Below are positions 49,400-62,650 of a stretch of DNA of 63,710 nucleotides, one piece after another. Positions within the stretch are counted from its first letter, which is position 1; every line of letters starts with the position of its first letter. The notes beneath the pieces are model-generated. The model made no database searches and was not told the DNA's origin. It worked only from the letters and a program-made list of their open reading frames with translations. Origin of the DNA: Octopus bimaculoides (taxonomy: Eukaryota). The stretch is taken from the NCBI RefSeq assembly GCF_001194135.2, contig NC_068996.1:23959863-24023572 (forward strand), given 5' to 3'. Position numbers and translations under genes: made by a program.

Positions 49400-49690
49400 G
49401 TTGTCTTGCAAACAACTCGCATATGCAAGCGCTACCAGTCGTGAACTCCACATACCAGAAGCCAGCAAGTGTATGGGGTAATCAGGAGAGAATGCGCGCC
49501 GTTTTGGGGCCTACCTCTCGACGGCATCAATGCGCACCGGCCTCCCTCACTGATATGAGGCCCCGCTTGTTAGGTCAACTGGTTACTAAAAACAAAGCTC
49601 AATATTTCTCTAGCTATCGCTCATCGTCTCTTTTTAACCAAATCCAGTGGCTAGCTTTCTCCACTGTATTTTGGATATCGGTCATAGACT
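49400..49690. promoter_or_regulatory. CpG-rich unique island, likely promoter or 5' end of the minus-strand gene
   Basis: Highest non-repeat CpG/GC density in the window; TGCGCA/GCGCGC motifs; minus-strand donor GAG|gtaggc at 49514 and acceptor ctttttctcag at 49381. Confidence 0.6.
49515..49527 (-). CDS. Possible first coding segment (MPSR + 1 nt)
   Basis: ATG with an upstream in-frame stop; the phase-1 donor fits the 45014 acceptor; weak Kozak context. Confidence 0.3.
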
Positions 49691-49966
49691 AATAGAATAA
49701 TTATGAAGCAAGATACTTAGATACAACCATACAGCATAAAGTACAGTATAATGCAAGAACACTTTTTCCAAGTTAACTCCCTAAAACAGAGAATGGAGTA
49801 GGTTCTTAATCTTCTTGCTACCACATTTCTGTTGAAATACACTCCTAGTTTCAATTAATTTTGTAAATAATAAAAATAATAAAGACTTTAGTTAAGTAAC
49901 TTTATAAAAACTGTTTTTTGGATATAAATTAACACAAAATTTTGATAGAAGATTCTAAGACTTACT

Positions 49967-50201
49967 TTAACCCTTCAGTTACCCCATTTCTGTTAAAATA
50001 TACATTGCCTTTGTCTCAATTAATTTAAAGAATAAAAATTTATTAAAATGAATAGGGTTTTTTTTTTAACATCAGTAGGTGTTTGGGACATAATTTAACA
50101 TGATATTTTGATGGAAGGTTTTAATTTAGATTACTTTAAAACAGGATGTTTGAATCATTGAACTGGGACACTCTCAGTTGGGTTGATATGGAAAGGGTTA
50201 A
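49967..50201 (+). mobile_element. MITE family G
   Basis: TTAACCCTTCAGTTACC ... GAAAGGGTTAA. Confidence 0.75.
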
Positions 50202-50479
50202 GATACAGCAAGTATCAAGTGACAACTATTATTAACTGAGGAAAGTTGTTAAGCAGATAAATTCTTTCTTATGAAGAATAACCTGTAAACATCGAAAAGT
50301 TATGTGAGTAAGAGAAGTTTTTCCCAAGCTAATTTGTATATAATATTAACATTGATGACTGTAGGTATGCACTTCCATATTTTATTTCAACATCAGTTAG
50401 TTGTACTCAAGTTCAAAGACAATTAAGCTTTATACTGAATTTTTAGGTTGTCTGTCATTACTAACTTAAACTTGTAATC

Positions 50480-52310
50480 CACTATGGCTGATATACTAAC
50501 CAGCAAGCACAATCCAGATATCTTTTATTATATTTGCAGTAATAGGTTTGTTAGAAGAGAATATCTCGTGTATTTTGAAATGCAATTAAATAATTGGAAC
50601 AAAAATTGGGCCCTGCATTTTGTTGAACTTGTGCAAAGTTTGAAGCAATGGATCAAAAGGAAAAGGAAGAGAATGGGCTTTGATATGCCAATGAGAGGGA
50701 GGGAATTGATGAACTATCTTGATGATTATGTCAGTATCATTGGTATTTCTGGAAATATCTCCAAGACTAAATGTCAAAAATAGATTGCCCAAACTTCCCC
50801 CTCAGCCATAAGACCTATTCCTCATTGTGATGAAGTTGACTGCTTTTGTATTTAAATAAGATAGCTGGCAGAATCATTAGTAGGTCGGGCAAAATACTTG
50901 GTGGCATTTCATCTGTCTTTACGTTCAGAGTTCAAATTCTGTCAAAGTTGACTTTGCCTTTCATCCTTTTGGGGTCAATAAGAAGAGTACCAGTTGAGCA
51001 CTGGGATCAATGTAACTGACTCACCTCCTTCCCCGAAAATGCTGGCCTTGTGCCAAAATTTGAAATCAATAAGTTAGATGCCATTGATGAATGAGAATGT
51101 TGCAGAAATTTAGTAACAGAAGGGTTAAAAAATGTTTTAATGGTTAATGTACAGACTGTCCACTCCATTCATCAAGTTATAAAACCATGGATTTGGTACA
51201 GAGCTCAAATACTTTTAACACAATTGAATGTTTGGAGATTTTAAAGAGATTTGCACACTGCTTGGCAAACAAAGCGGTTGCATCATAAAATTTCCTTTTT
51301 GTGTGTTAGTTCATTGGACAGACAAAATAAAAGAAATCACAAGGTGAGAAAGGATTGACCAGAAAGAACAAATTTTGATGTTGGAAGAAACGATATCATT
51401 AATACTCATCACCTACTTACTCTTAGTAAAACCAGAAAATATCTTTTTCTTAGAAGTTCATATCAAATTATGCTTGATGAAACAATTAATCCTTTACATG
51501 GAGTAACTCTTTCAAATACCAAGTGTGGAAAATAACCTGGTTTTAAACCTTTTGTTACCTTATTTCTTGTAAAAAAATACATTACTTTTGTTTCAATTAA
51601 ATTTGCAAAATAATGATGAATTTAGTAAAGTAACTTTGTCATAATTAGAACATAAATTAACATGAAATATTGATGGGAAATTTTAATTTAGATCACTTTA
51701 ATTCTTTAGTTATCATATTTCTGTTGAAACACACTACGGTTGTTTCAATTAATTTTGAAAATAAGAATTTAGTAAAACAGCTGCCTTTACAGCTGGTGTC
51801 TGGAACATGAATTGACAAAATTTTGATGTCAGGTTTTCATTTAGATCATTTTAAAACATGCAATTTGTATCATAGAACTAAGGGTGGTCACAGACCAGTT
51901 GGTATCAGAAGGGTTAAGTAAAAAAACCAAAAAAACCTGAAACAAGTATATCTTTGAGATAGACCTAAGATAAGAACATTAATGAAAAACGAACTATTTG
52001 CAAATTTACTTTTAAATCTGTGGGAGAAAAATGCTTGGGTAGCATCCATAGAAGTTATGAATAACTTCTGGGGCAACAACAAATCTGAAAACTATGAAGA
52101 CTTAGTGAATTAGTTCTTTCCTTCCAGAAGTTAGAATGTAATATGAGCATTAAAGTGTATTTCTGTCACAGTCATTTAGACTATTTCCCTGCCAATTTAG
52201 GGGCTGTTAGTAAAAATATCAGAGACCGCTGAATACAAATATGAAAGCAGACAATTGTTGGTGCCTAATAAGAGAATGAAACAAAAGTGATTATGTTCGA
52301 CAATCCAAAA
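50480..52310 (+). mobile_element. DNA transposon transposase relic (Chapaev3/CMC-like), interrupted by SINE D (50860-51070) and MITE G (51540-51920)
   Basis: Collinear broken motifs: NPDIFYYIC, WALH, GFDMPM.GRE.MN, HIKLCLMKQ, CNMSIKVYFCHSHLDYFPANLGAVS. The superfamily assignment is from memory of these motifs. Confidence 0.7.
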
Positions 52311-52799
52311 AGAAGAAGAAAAAAAAAACTGCTTCCTTAAACAGTGCACTTGCCGAACCGAACTTGTTTTTTATGCTTATTCTACATCTTCAGACGTTGA
52401 ATTAATATGAAACAGATGGAATTTGTTGGCTGGGTTGATGCATTTCTTCCCATAATGCAATGCTGTTTACTATTACACACACACGCATGTGTGTGCGTGT
52501 GTGTGTGTGTGTGTGCATGCACGCGTGTGAAAGTGTGTGTGGATGTGATTTCAGTCATATTTGATGTGTTTTACTGTTTTTTCATGACTGGAGAATACAA
52601 GAATGACTATGTTTGTGTAATAAAATATGCCAATTTTTAATACATTTTTGCAAAATATATCTGGCTTTTATAAATATAAACAATACTTGGCATCATAGAG
52701 AAGTTCTTCCAAAATTAGAAAAGATGGATGCCTTATATGAAAAAAAAGCAATGAATTTTTTTCAAAATGTTGTGCAGTCTAACATACACCTACCCTACC

Positions 52800-52837
<38 letters not shown>

Positions 52838-53262
52838 GAACAAACAATAAAATTAAGGTACAAAGCATCTAGTGTAATCCAAATGGTAATTTGTGATAAT
52901 CCAGCAACAGCCTCGAGTGGTACTCCAAAATTCAGGATGGAAATGGTGGAAGATGGATGTCCACATGAATGTGCGATGAATAGAGACAGACCATAAAAAA
53001 TGACCAATGCAAGGGATAAACTACAGAAGTTTTCAAGCCGGGACAGAAGGATTACATAGAAAGAAAATTGAAGTGTCAGTGGTAGTAGAATTTAATACAC
53101 CCAGGCATGGCTGTCTGGTAAGACTGCTTCCCAACCACATGGTTACAGGTTCAGTCCCATGACATGACATCTTAGGCAAGTGACACTTGCCATTACATCT
53201 ATGAGACAACAAATACCTTATAAGTGGATTTGGAAGACAGAAATTGAAAGAAGCCCATCATG

Positions 53263-53680
53263 TGTATCATCATCATCATCATCATCATCATCATTTAATG
53301 TCTGTTTTCCATGCCGGCATGGGTTGGCTGGCTTTACAAGAACTGGCAAGGCCAGGGGTTGCACCAGGTTCCATAGTCTGTTTTGGCATGGCTTCTACAG
53401 TTGGATGCCCTTCCTAATGCCAGCCACTTTACAGAATGCACTGGGTGCTTTTTTTGTGTGGCACCATCATCAGTGCTTTTTACGTGGCATTAGCACTAAT
53501 ACTTGATTTCAGGATCTCAGTGGTGGGCATGTCTTCTCAAGTACGGCAATGTTGTCACATATTTTGGTCCTCTTCATTAAGTTCAGCATTTTGAGATCAA
53601 TATAGTCTTCTACCTGGCCAGCTCCTGTCAAACCATCCAACCCATGCTATGGAAGATAGGCACTAAATGATATTGATATA
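53263..53680. mobile_element. Family E composite with a tail at each end in opposite orientation
   Basis: Starts (CAT)n-TTTAATGTCTGTTTTCCATGC and ends AACCATCCAACCCATGCTATGGAAG...AAATGAT. Confidence 0.6.
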
Positions 53681-53795
53681 TATATANNNNNNNNNNNNNN
53701 NNNNNNNNNNNNNNNNNNNNNNNNNNNNNNNNNNNNNNNNNNNNNNNNNNNNNNNNNNNNNNNNNNNNNNNNNNNNNNNNNNNNNNNNNATATCA

Positions 53796-54055
53796 ATCAT
53801 CATCATCATCATCGTTTAACATCCGCTTTCCATGCTAGCATGGGTTGGACAATTTGACTGAGGACTGGTGAAACCAGATGGCTACACCAGGCTCCAATCT
53901 GATTTGGCAGAGTTTCTACAGCTGGATGCCCTTCCTAATGCCAACCACTCAGAGAGTGTAGTGGGTGTTTTACGTGCCACCGGCACGAAGGCCAGTCAGG
54001 AGGTACTGGCAATGACCACGCTCAAAATGGTGTATTTTACGTGCCACCTGCACAG
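53796..54055 (-). mobile_element. Family E copy (young)
   Basis: Reverse complement near-identical to 13893-14165. Confidence 0.85.
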
Positions 54056-54904
54056 GATATATATTATATAATATATATATATATATATATTATACAATGT
54101 GTGTATATAATGTATTGTTCACTTTGTTGTTTACTTTCTGCATTTTCTACATGCTGCCTTCTCAGTTTTTTCACGTTTTACCTATTGTTCAATTTTTTTT
54201 TTACTTCATCATGATATGTGGTTTGCACCTGAAGAATATGTTTTTGAGTATTGTAGAATATCTGAATCAGATATGGACAGTTTAAATGCTAAAAGTTTAT
54301 ATTTATTTTTCATTTTTTTTTTAATGAAAAAAACAAAACAAAAACAAAATAAATAGGATGACCATGGTTAAATTCTTTGTACATGTATGTGACCCACATT
54401 TTTAGCACATGTACAAAACCAAATTGAATACGACATGACTATCTTGTTTTGAAAACAAATTTCTGTTTTAAACCGTGAAGTTCAGGATACCCATAACATG
54501 AATCACCATATAAAATGTGTTATCAGCTAAATATCATCCATTATCTATTACATAACTATATGCCTTTTATACTATATTTATGAATTAATGTCCTCATTTC
54601 ATTCAGTGTATTCTTTTTTTATATTTTCCCTTTGTTTACATTTTATGAAGCAATTCATCCTTGCTATTCATTATAATAATGGAACTCACACTTGAATTGA
54701 AATAAACAAAAATAAATGTTCAGTGATTTAAAATCATGAGGACAACAGATTGGATCAAGTTTCTTCTCAAAATATTGGAAGAGAAATAGTACAAAAGTTG
54801 TTTGTTATTTTTTAAAAACACTGGTCACTATTTTCGCCTACATGTATGGTCAAGTGTGGTCACTTAATTTTCCTCCTGACTGGTGTTGCTTTATATGAAG
54901 TAAA

Positions 54905-55295
54905 TACTACATGTATTGCTTCCCAACCACATGGTTCTAGGTTCAGTCCCCCTGTGCATCACTTTGGGCAAGTGTCTTCTACTATAGCCTCAGGCCGATC
55001 AAAGCCTTGTGAGTGGATTTGGTAGACAGAAACTGACAGAAGCCTGTCATGTGTGTGTGTGTGTGTATATTTATGTGAGTGTGTCTTTGTGTCTGTTTGT
55101 TCCCCCCCCCCGCCCCACTCAGCATTGCTTAACAACCGATGTTGGTGTGTTTATGTCCCTGTAACTAGCAGTTTGGTAAAAGAAACAATACAATAAGTTT
55201 GAGGCTTACAAAGTCCTGAGGTCAATTTGTTCAACTAAAAAACCCTTAAAAATGGTGCTCCAGTATGGATGCAGTCAAATGATTGAAACAAGTAT
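54905..55295 (+). mobile_element. SINE family A
   Basis: Family A body and tail. Confidence 0.8.
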
Positions 55296-56349
55296 ATATA
55301 TATTATTACACCTATTTAGTATAATTTGGATAAAAACCTTATAATATGCGTGTAATTTCGCTACCATATCTTATCCTACGATAGAGTATATTTCAGGGCT
55401 GGATATATATATATGGAACTCCTCTTTGCATAAGATTAATACAAGAACAATATAACACAAGGGTGAAGGATATCAGGTTTTGATACTATTATGGCCTGAC
55501 ATCCTCCTTCCTCATGTTATATTTTTCTTATATATTATACTTATATATATAGGTAAATACTATGTATATGCAATAATAATAACTCCAGAAAGTAGTTTTG
55601 TAAAATAGATGCTTGCATCTATTTTACAGGATACTGCAAGAGCCAAACCATGACTTGTCAGCAAAGTATAGCACATCTATAATCTTGTGTTAAAAAGACG
55701 GTTTCTTTTCTTTGGAAAGGGGTTCAGAAAAATCAGACTGTGCCTAATAAACCAGCAAATAAATAAAGTGTATGTATGGCAGCCTCTTTCATCATCTTCA
55801 ATGCAGGAGTTGGTCAATAAACTGAATAAACTGAATGATCTAATCAGTGAATTAGTGTGCGAAGTGGCTGAATATTGCACAGATGCATGTTCTAACTCTT
55901 TTGATACCAACCCACCTGAAAATAACCCTGGATTCATGGTCCAAAGTGATTTAAATTAAAACCTTCCATCAATTTTTTTATGTTCTAAACATCAACTTAA
56001 TAATTAAAAAGGCTATTTTGCTAAATTATTCATTATTTTCAAACTCAACTGAAACAAAGGCAGTGTATTTTTGGATGATGAACAGGTGAACAGAAAATGA
56101 TAGCAGAGAGCTTCATCATTTTGCTAGTTTTTCCTGCAGTGCTGTTCCAGTGTAGATTATCTCACAAAAAGTATCATCTTTGATAAGAGTCATCATATGC
56201 TTATACAGACATATCTAACAGCTTATCTAAGGTCATACTATAAATATTTAACACTTCCTTTAATATCAGTGGCCTGTCAACAGGATCTCGCTCCATACAG
56301 TATCAAGGTATGATATCATAATATATCTAAGCTACATAGTAGACATACA

Positions 56350-56391
<42 letters not shown>

Positions 56392-58107
56392 CACAGATGA
56401 GATCCAGAGATTCTCCATATAGAAGACACTTAGTAGTGCCCAAAGGATTCAAACTTAGACCCTGATACCTTTACAGGGGATCATTCCACAAGGTAAAGAA
56501 AAGCTACAAGAGGAATCAATTGCCCTCTTTCTGTGTGTGTGTGTGTGTGTGTGTATACACACACATACATACATACAACTGGCTATTTTCAGTTTCTCTA
56601 AATTGCTTCAGCCTGAGGCTATAGTAGATGACATATGCAAAAGGTGCTGCGCAGTAGGACTGAACCTAAAACCACATGGTTGCAAAGCAAGATTCTTAAC
56701 CACACGGCCATGCCTGCACTTATATTTCACACAAAATATAATAAACTATATATTGGAATGCAATCATTATTAAAATAACTTTTCACTTTTGAAGAAGTTA
56801 TTAATGCAGTTTTAAATATCATGTAAATATGAAATAAAATTTAATTCTTTGATTGTTTTAAATTAAAATTTTGTAATCATCATTATCATCAAAGTTTAAC
56901 ATCCACTTTTCCATGCTTGCATGGATCAGATGGAGTTTATTTGAGGTGAATTTTTCTGCAGCCAGATGCTCTTCTTGTCACCAACCCTTATCTAATTCCA
57001 ATGACCAGTTTTCGTGGAAAACTGGACATAAACAACTTTTACTTCTATGATGGTGATGATCATTTACAACCATCATGAGATAGCTAGACAAGGATACACA
57101 CACACACATACATACAGATTATACACATACACAAAAGGCTTCCTTCAGTTCCTGTCTACCAAATCAATTCACTAGAGCTTGGTCAGCCCAGGGTTAAAAT
57201 AGAAGACACTCACCTAAGTTGTCATGCAGTGTGACTGAACCTGAGACCACAGGATTTAGAAACAAGCTTTGTAACTGCGTACATTACATTTCAATGAAAG
57301 AATAAATTATTTTCTATCTTCCATGATATTTGAATTAGTGCGCTAACTTTTTGGAGATATGACTTTTCAAATGCAGGCTTTATTTAATAATGACAATGTT
57401 TCAAATATATACTATCTCTTCCTCTCGTGTCCATGTGTGTGTGTGTGTGTGGCAGCATTATGGGATGAATAAAAAAGCATGTGTGCATGAGAGATATAGA
57501 TTAAAGAAAACTAGATTGCTTTGAGCCTCAACAGCAGCCTTTCAGAAGCTACAGGAATGACTGCATGTCAGGATCAAATGATTCTTCTTTATGTTGCCCA
57601 TCACGCTGCCAATAACGGCAGTTTTCAAGAAGTCCTTTGTATTATGGCGCTGCAGATGTAATTTGGTGGAGAAGGAGTGTATCACATCAAAGGAGCCAGA
57701 AGGTCACATGATAATAGAAATTCTTGACGAGTCATTTCTGGGTTATGAAGGTCAACTAGGGGCACATATAGCTTTTGTTTGTTCTCAACTTTAACCCCAG
57801 GACTGGCCGCTGTTTCCAGCACCTCAACATGTAGATAGCATTATCAAACCTGAGGCTCTGCTGAAAAGCATGAAGGTACCTGACATGCCCCACCTGACCT
57901 CAAAAACTGAAATTCCCTTGCTTACTAGATTAAATATGTTAGTCTCCACTTTACAACATATATGTGTGTATATGTATGCATGCATACACACACACATAAC
58001 TGTAATGGATTGCAATTGCATAAACAATGCCCTACATTGCTGGCATTAGATGCACACACAAGCAACTGCAATCAATAAGGACTGTGTGTGTGTGTGTGTG
58101 TGTGTGC

Positions 58108-58166
<59 letters not shown>

Positions 58167-58289
58167 GTTGTACAGTTAAGAGGTTTTCTTCACAACCATG
58201 CATTTTGGGGTTTGGTACCACTGCATGGTATGAAGCGTTTAGTAGGCAGATAAGATTGCATGAAACTTTGGTTCTCAGCCTCCTCCAGT

Positions 58290-59090
58290 TTGTTATAGTT
58301 CTCTGATGCAGGAGTTTAAGGCCAGCTGACCATGAGGACTCAGATTAATGATCTAGGAGTTAGAGCAGATTCTGCAGAAGATTTAGAGAAGAAAATCCAG
58401 ACATCAAAACAAACCCTAGTACCAAGAGGGCTCGGAGTAAATTCAGTCAAGACTAAAAGAAAAGAAGGCAATGATGCTGTTACCATAAGGAAATGGTCAT
58501 ATTTGATATGCAGAAAAGGAATAAGTAGGAACTGCATAAGGTGTACCAGTGTTAACAAGAGGTGTAATGGGATCATAGAAAGACTAACAGAAATGAGAGA
58601 CTTATATGTGGCAGATGTAAAGATGTAGTTATTAAGCTGAGTACTGTTAAATAGATTCTCTCCAATGTTCAGAAGGTTCCACAGAAATGATGTGGTAACT
58701 TCTGTTACCTAGATGATCCAATGAATGATGTACGAGGGTGCTCTGAAATCGCAGTAGCAAGAATAAGAAAATTTCTTCTGGTGACAAAGGAATTCTCACA
58801 TGATGTAAAGGTTATATTGTATGAAGATGTGTAAGAAATGTGACACAGGCAATGAATGCTAGAAAGAAATGAAGTGAGCATTGTCCATTGGATGTGTAAT
58901 GTCTGTGGGAGAAAATGGTGGGACACATGTAAGTCAAATGATAAGCTGGGTATATCGAGTGATAAACTGGAATTATTTGTGGTGTGTAATTGGGGTACTT
59001 GCACTGGTACAGATATATATTGTATAAGGGTAATAACTGTTGGGGAAAGAAATGCCAGGTGACATAAAGGGGAAGAAAAGCTATTTGAGA
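58290..59090 (+). mobile_element. RTE LINE relic (RT 3' half)
   Basis: ADSAEDLEKKIQT.KQTL..RGLGVNSVKTK; ICRKGISRNCIRCT; MLERNE.SIVHWMCNV. Confidence 0.8.
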
Positions 59091-59144
59091 AGGACATATA
59101 CAGAAATAGTGAAAATATATCTCAAGACTTTTATCATCACAAAG

Positions 59145-59490
59145 GTACAGGCATGGCTGTGTGTTAAGTAGCTTGCTTCCCAACCACATGGTTCTGGGTT
59201 CAGTCTTACTGCATGGCACCTAGTGCAAGTGTCTTCTACTATAGCCTTGGGCCAATCAAAGCCTTGTAAGTGGATATGGTGGATGGAAACTGAAAGAAGC
59301 CTGTCGTGTGTATGTGTGTGTCTCTGTGTCTGTGTTTGTCTCCCCATCGCCACTTGACAACTGATGTTGGTGTGTTTACATCCCTGTAACTTAGTGGTTG
59401 GGCAAAAGAGATTGATAGCATAAGTACTAGACTTTAAAAAATAAGTCCTATGGGGTCGAAAGCCCTTCAAAGCAGTACTCCAGATTGGCC
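59145..59490 (+). mobile_element. SINE family A
   Basis: Head GGCATGGCTGTGTGTTAAGTAGC and family A body. Confidence 0.8.
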
Positions 59491-60498
59491 ACAAAGGTAA
59501 AGTCAAAGCAAAATAACAATAAGACCCTGTGCTTGAAAGGGAGCTGTCCAACCTATGCAAGCATATTTCCTTTTGTCACCATTTTCTGGGTGAAATACAT
59601 TGCCACTGTTTCAATAAATATTTAAAATAAGGAAGAATTTAGAGAAATAACTGATGACTGGAACATAAATTAACATGAAATTTTGATAGAAGATTATTAA
59701 TTTTGTTATGCTTGGGGATGGTCATATTTTGCCAATTAAACACAAGCACTAATCGGAAAATATGACCATCCCCAAGTATAACAATATCCGTTTCAATACA
59801 CAGTTTCACATCAAGAATTTTGCAAAACAAATACATAAACGTTATTAATTTTACATTACTCTAATTCCTTTAATCATGTTTCTGTTGAAATACGCTGCTT
59901 TTTTTTTTTTTTTATTAATTTTGATTGTAATGAAGAATTTAGTAAAATAACTTTGTCATTATCAAGCTAATGTTTCAAACATAAATTAACCAAGAACCAG
60001 GTGTGGTCACAAGTGCATTGGTATCAAGAGTTAAAGCACTAAACATTTGGTTTATGCATCAAAATGTCAATCAGTACCTAAACCAATGTAACTCTTATTC
60101 AGCAGAACATTTTGAATTTTTAACTTGAATATTACAAAGTTTAAGGTTTTTTATTGAATATAAAAAAAAAAGTCATTGTTAGTGATGGAAAGAACAAATT
60201 GTATTGAGTTGTGAGGATGCAAGACCCAGTGGTCAGTGTTGCACACGTGACCATAAAGTCATGGTTTCAATTCCCAAACTGTCTGGTACACTGCGTTCTG
60301 GAGTAAAAGACTTCATTTCATATTATTCCAGTCCACTCAGCTGTAAATAGGTAACCTTGTGACTGACTGGTGTTCCGTTCGATTTTGGCCACTTACATGC
60401 CATGGACACCAGGTAACTAACCCTATGAGTCATTAAACTCAAGACAGGAATGTTCAGGGTACTTACTTTTACTTATTATTGAGCTACATTATCTACAT

Positions 60499-60825
60499 CA
60501 GTGCTATTCAAAGTGGTGGCCCACGAGCCATCAGCTGCCAGTATGCAGCGAGTTTCCAGAAAAGAAAGAAACAATAGCATATAATTTCAGCAATTTCGCC
60601 TTATGCACTGCAGTAAACAACTTATCAGCTTATGTAATATTATATTATTTGTTTACAAAATAACTATAAAATTTTTTAAATGTCAACTTTTATTATATTC
60701 ATTATATATATTGTTTCCAGTATAAACTAATATTCCTAAGAGATATTACCGGTCCCAGGCACATTGGGAGAAAAAAAAACAAAAAAACTGCCAGTAAACT
60801 ACATCAGATAGTTTGAGAAGCACTG
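60499..60825. mobile_element. hAT-type MITE
   Basis: TIRs CAGTGCTATTCAAA / TTTGAGAAGCACTG; 8-bp flanks ATCTACAT / ATCTACGT. Confidence 0.8.
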
Positions 60826-60854
60826 ATCTACGTTACAGAACAAGAACCAAATAT

Positions 60855-61491
60855 TTAATCCTTTAGCATTCAGATTACTCTGACAAATTTAATATTTTCC
60901 CATTGTTTTGAATTAATCAAGTATTATCTCGCAGCTTTGAGATTTTGATGAGCTTTCATTCTTTTACTTGTTTATATGGCTGCAATCATGCTAGAGCACT
61001 GCCTTAAAGGGTTTTAGTAAAAAAAAATTGGCCCCAGGACTTATTCTTTGTAAGCCTAGTGCTTATTTTATCGGTCTCTTTTGCCAAGCCACTAAATTGC
61101 GGGGACATAAACACTCAAGCATCGGTTGTCAAGCGACAGCAGGGGCACAAATACAGACACACACACACATAAATATATATATATGTGCACACACACACAC
61201 GCACACAATGGTCTTCTTTCAGTTTCCACCTACCAAATCCACTTACAAGGCTTTGATCAGCCTGAGGCTTTAGTAGAAGACGCTTGCCCAATGTGCCACA
61301 CAGTGGGATTGAACACAGAACCATATGGTTGGGAAGCAAGCTTCTTACCACATAACTATGCCTTCGCCTGATTACTTATTTTAAAAATTACATTGTTGGG
61401 TATTAGTGAGAGGCCAGATCTGGCTGGTTTGAACATAAAACAGGTAGAGTATTTAGGCTGGATATGGCAGGTTTAAATGCTAAAAGGTTAA
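60855..61491 (+). mobile_element. MITE family F split by a minus-strand SINE A (~60955-61372)
   Basis: Both MITE halves are collinear with 20404-20636. Confidence 0.75.
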
Positions 61492-61606
61492 TAATAATCT
61501 ATATGCAGTAGGAATGTTATGACATTATCACATGATGATAATAACAAGAACAACAATGGCAATCAGTGAACAGGTTAACTGTTGTAGTAGTGTAGTTATG
61601 TGATGT

Positions 61607-61975
61607 TGTTGTTGGCACTCCGTCGCTTATGACGTCGAGGGTTCCAGTTGATCCGATCCACGGAACAGCTTGCTCGTGAAATTAACGTGCAAGTGGCTGA
61701 GCACTCCACAGACACGTGTACCCTTAACGTAGTTCTTGGGGATATTCAGCCGTGACACAGAGTGTGACAAGGCACAACAGAAACAGGAAGTAAGAGTGAG
61801 AGAAAGTTGTGGTGAAAGAGTACAGCAGGGTTTGCCACCATCCCCTGCCGGAGCCTCGTGGAGCTTTAGGTGTTTTCGCTCAATAAACACTCACAACGCC
61901 TGGTCTGGGAATCGAAACCGCGATCCTATGACCGTGAGTCCGCTGCCCTAACCACTGGGCCATTGCGCCTCCACT
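61607..61975 (-). mobile_element. SINE family C (young)
   Basis: 12-bp TSD GTTATGTGATGT at 61595-61606 and 61976-61987. Confidence 0.9.
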
Positions 61976-62313
61976 GTTATGTGATGTATTGTGATAGGAA
62001 AGACATGTTATAATGCCTTTTTTTTTTCTGAAACAGTTTATTCCATCCAATCAACCCAACTGATTATTGTCAGGTAACCTGACAACTAGATCAGCCAAAG
62101 TGTGTATGTGTGTATGTGCATGCATACATGCACTACCACCTTAAGTTCAATTAAGGTGGTAGGGTTCCTGATGCATTGTTCACTAGGTTGGGATAGGATG
62201 GGATGGTCACAACTGGAATGGCCTTTGGTAATAAATCTGCTCAATCTGGGCTCAACGACAACTAAAAGATCTGTGAACCAGCAAAAGAGGCTCTCAGAGA
62301 TCGCTTGCAGTGT

Positions 62314-62360
<47 letters not shown>

Positions 62361-62614
62361 CGTGCGTCTCTCTCCCTCTCTTTACAACCATGATTAACCA
62401 AGGGTAGGAGGGTGAAACTCAAGGTAGACTGTTATTTTATTTTTTTGATAATATATATCTATCCACTCTACCCAACACATCAAGTTCTGTATCAGATAAC
62501 GTTTGCACTATGTAAAATGTAAAGTATGTCTATATGTATGTGTATATTATATATACTGTGTGTATATGCGTGTCTATATGTGTTTGTGTACACAAATTTG
62601 CATGTGTAAGTATG

Positions 62615-62650
<36 letters not shown>

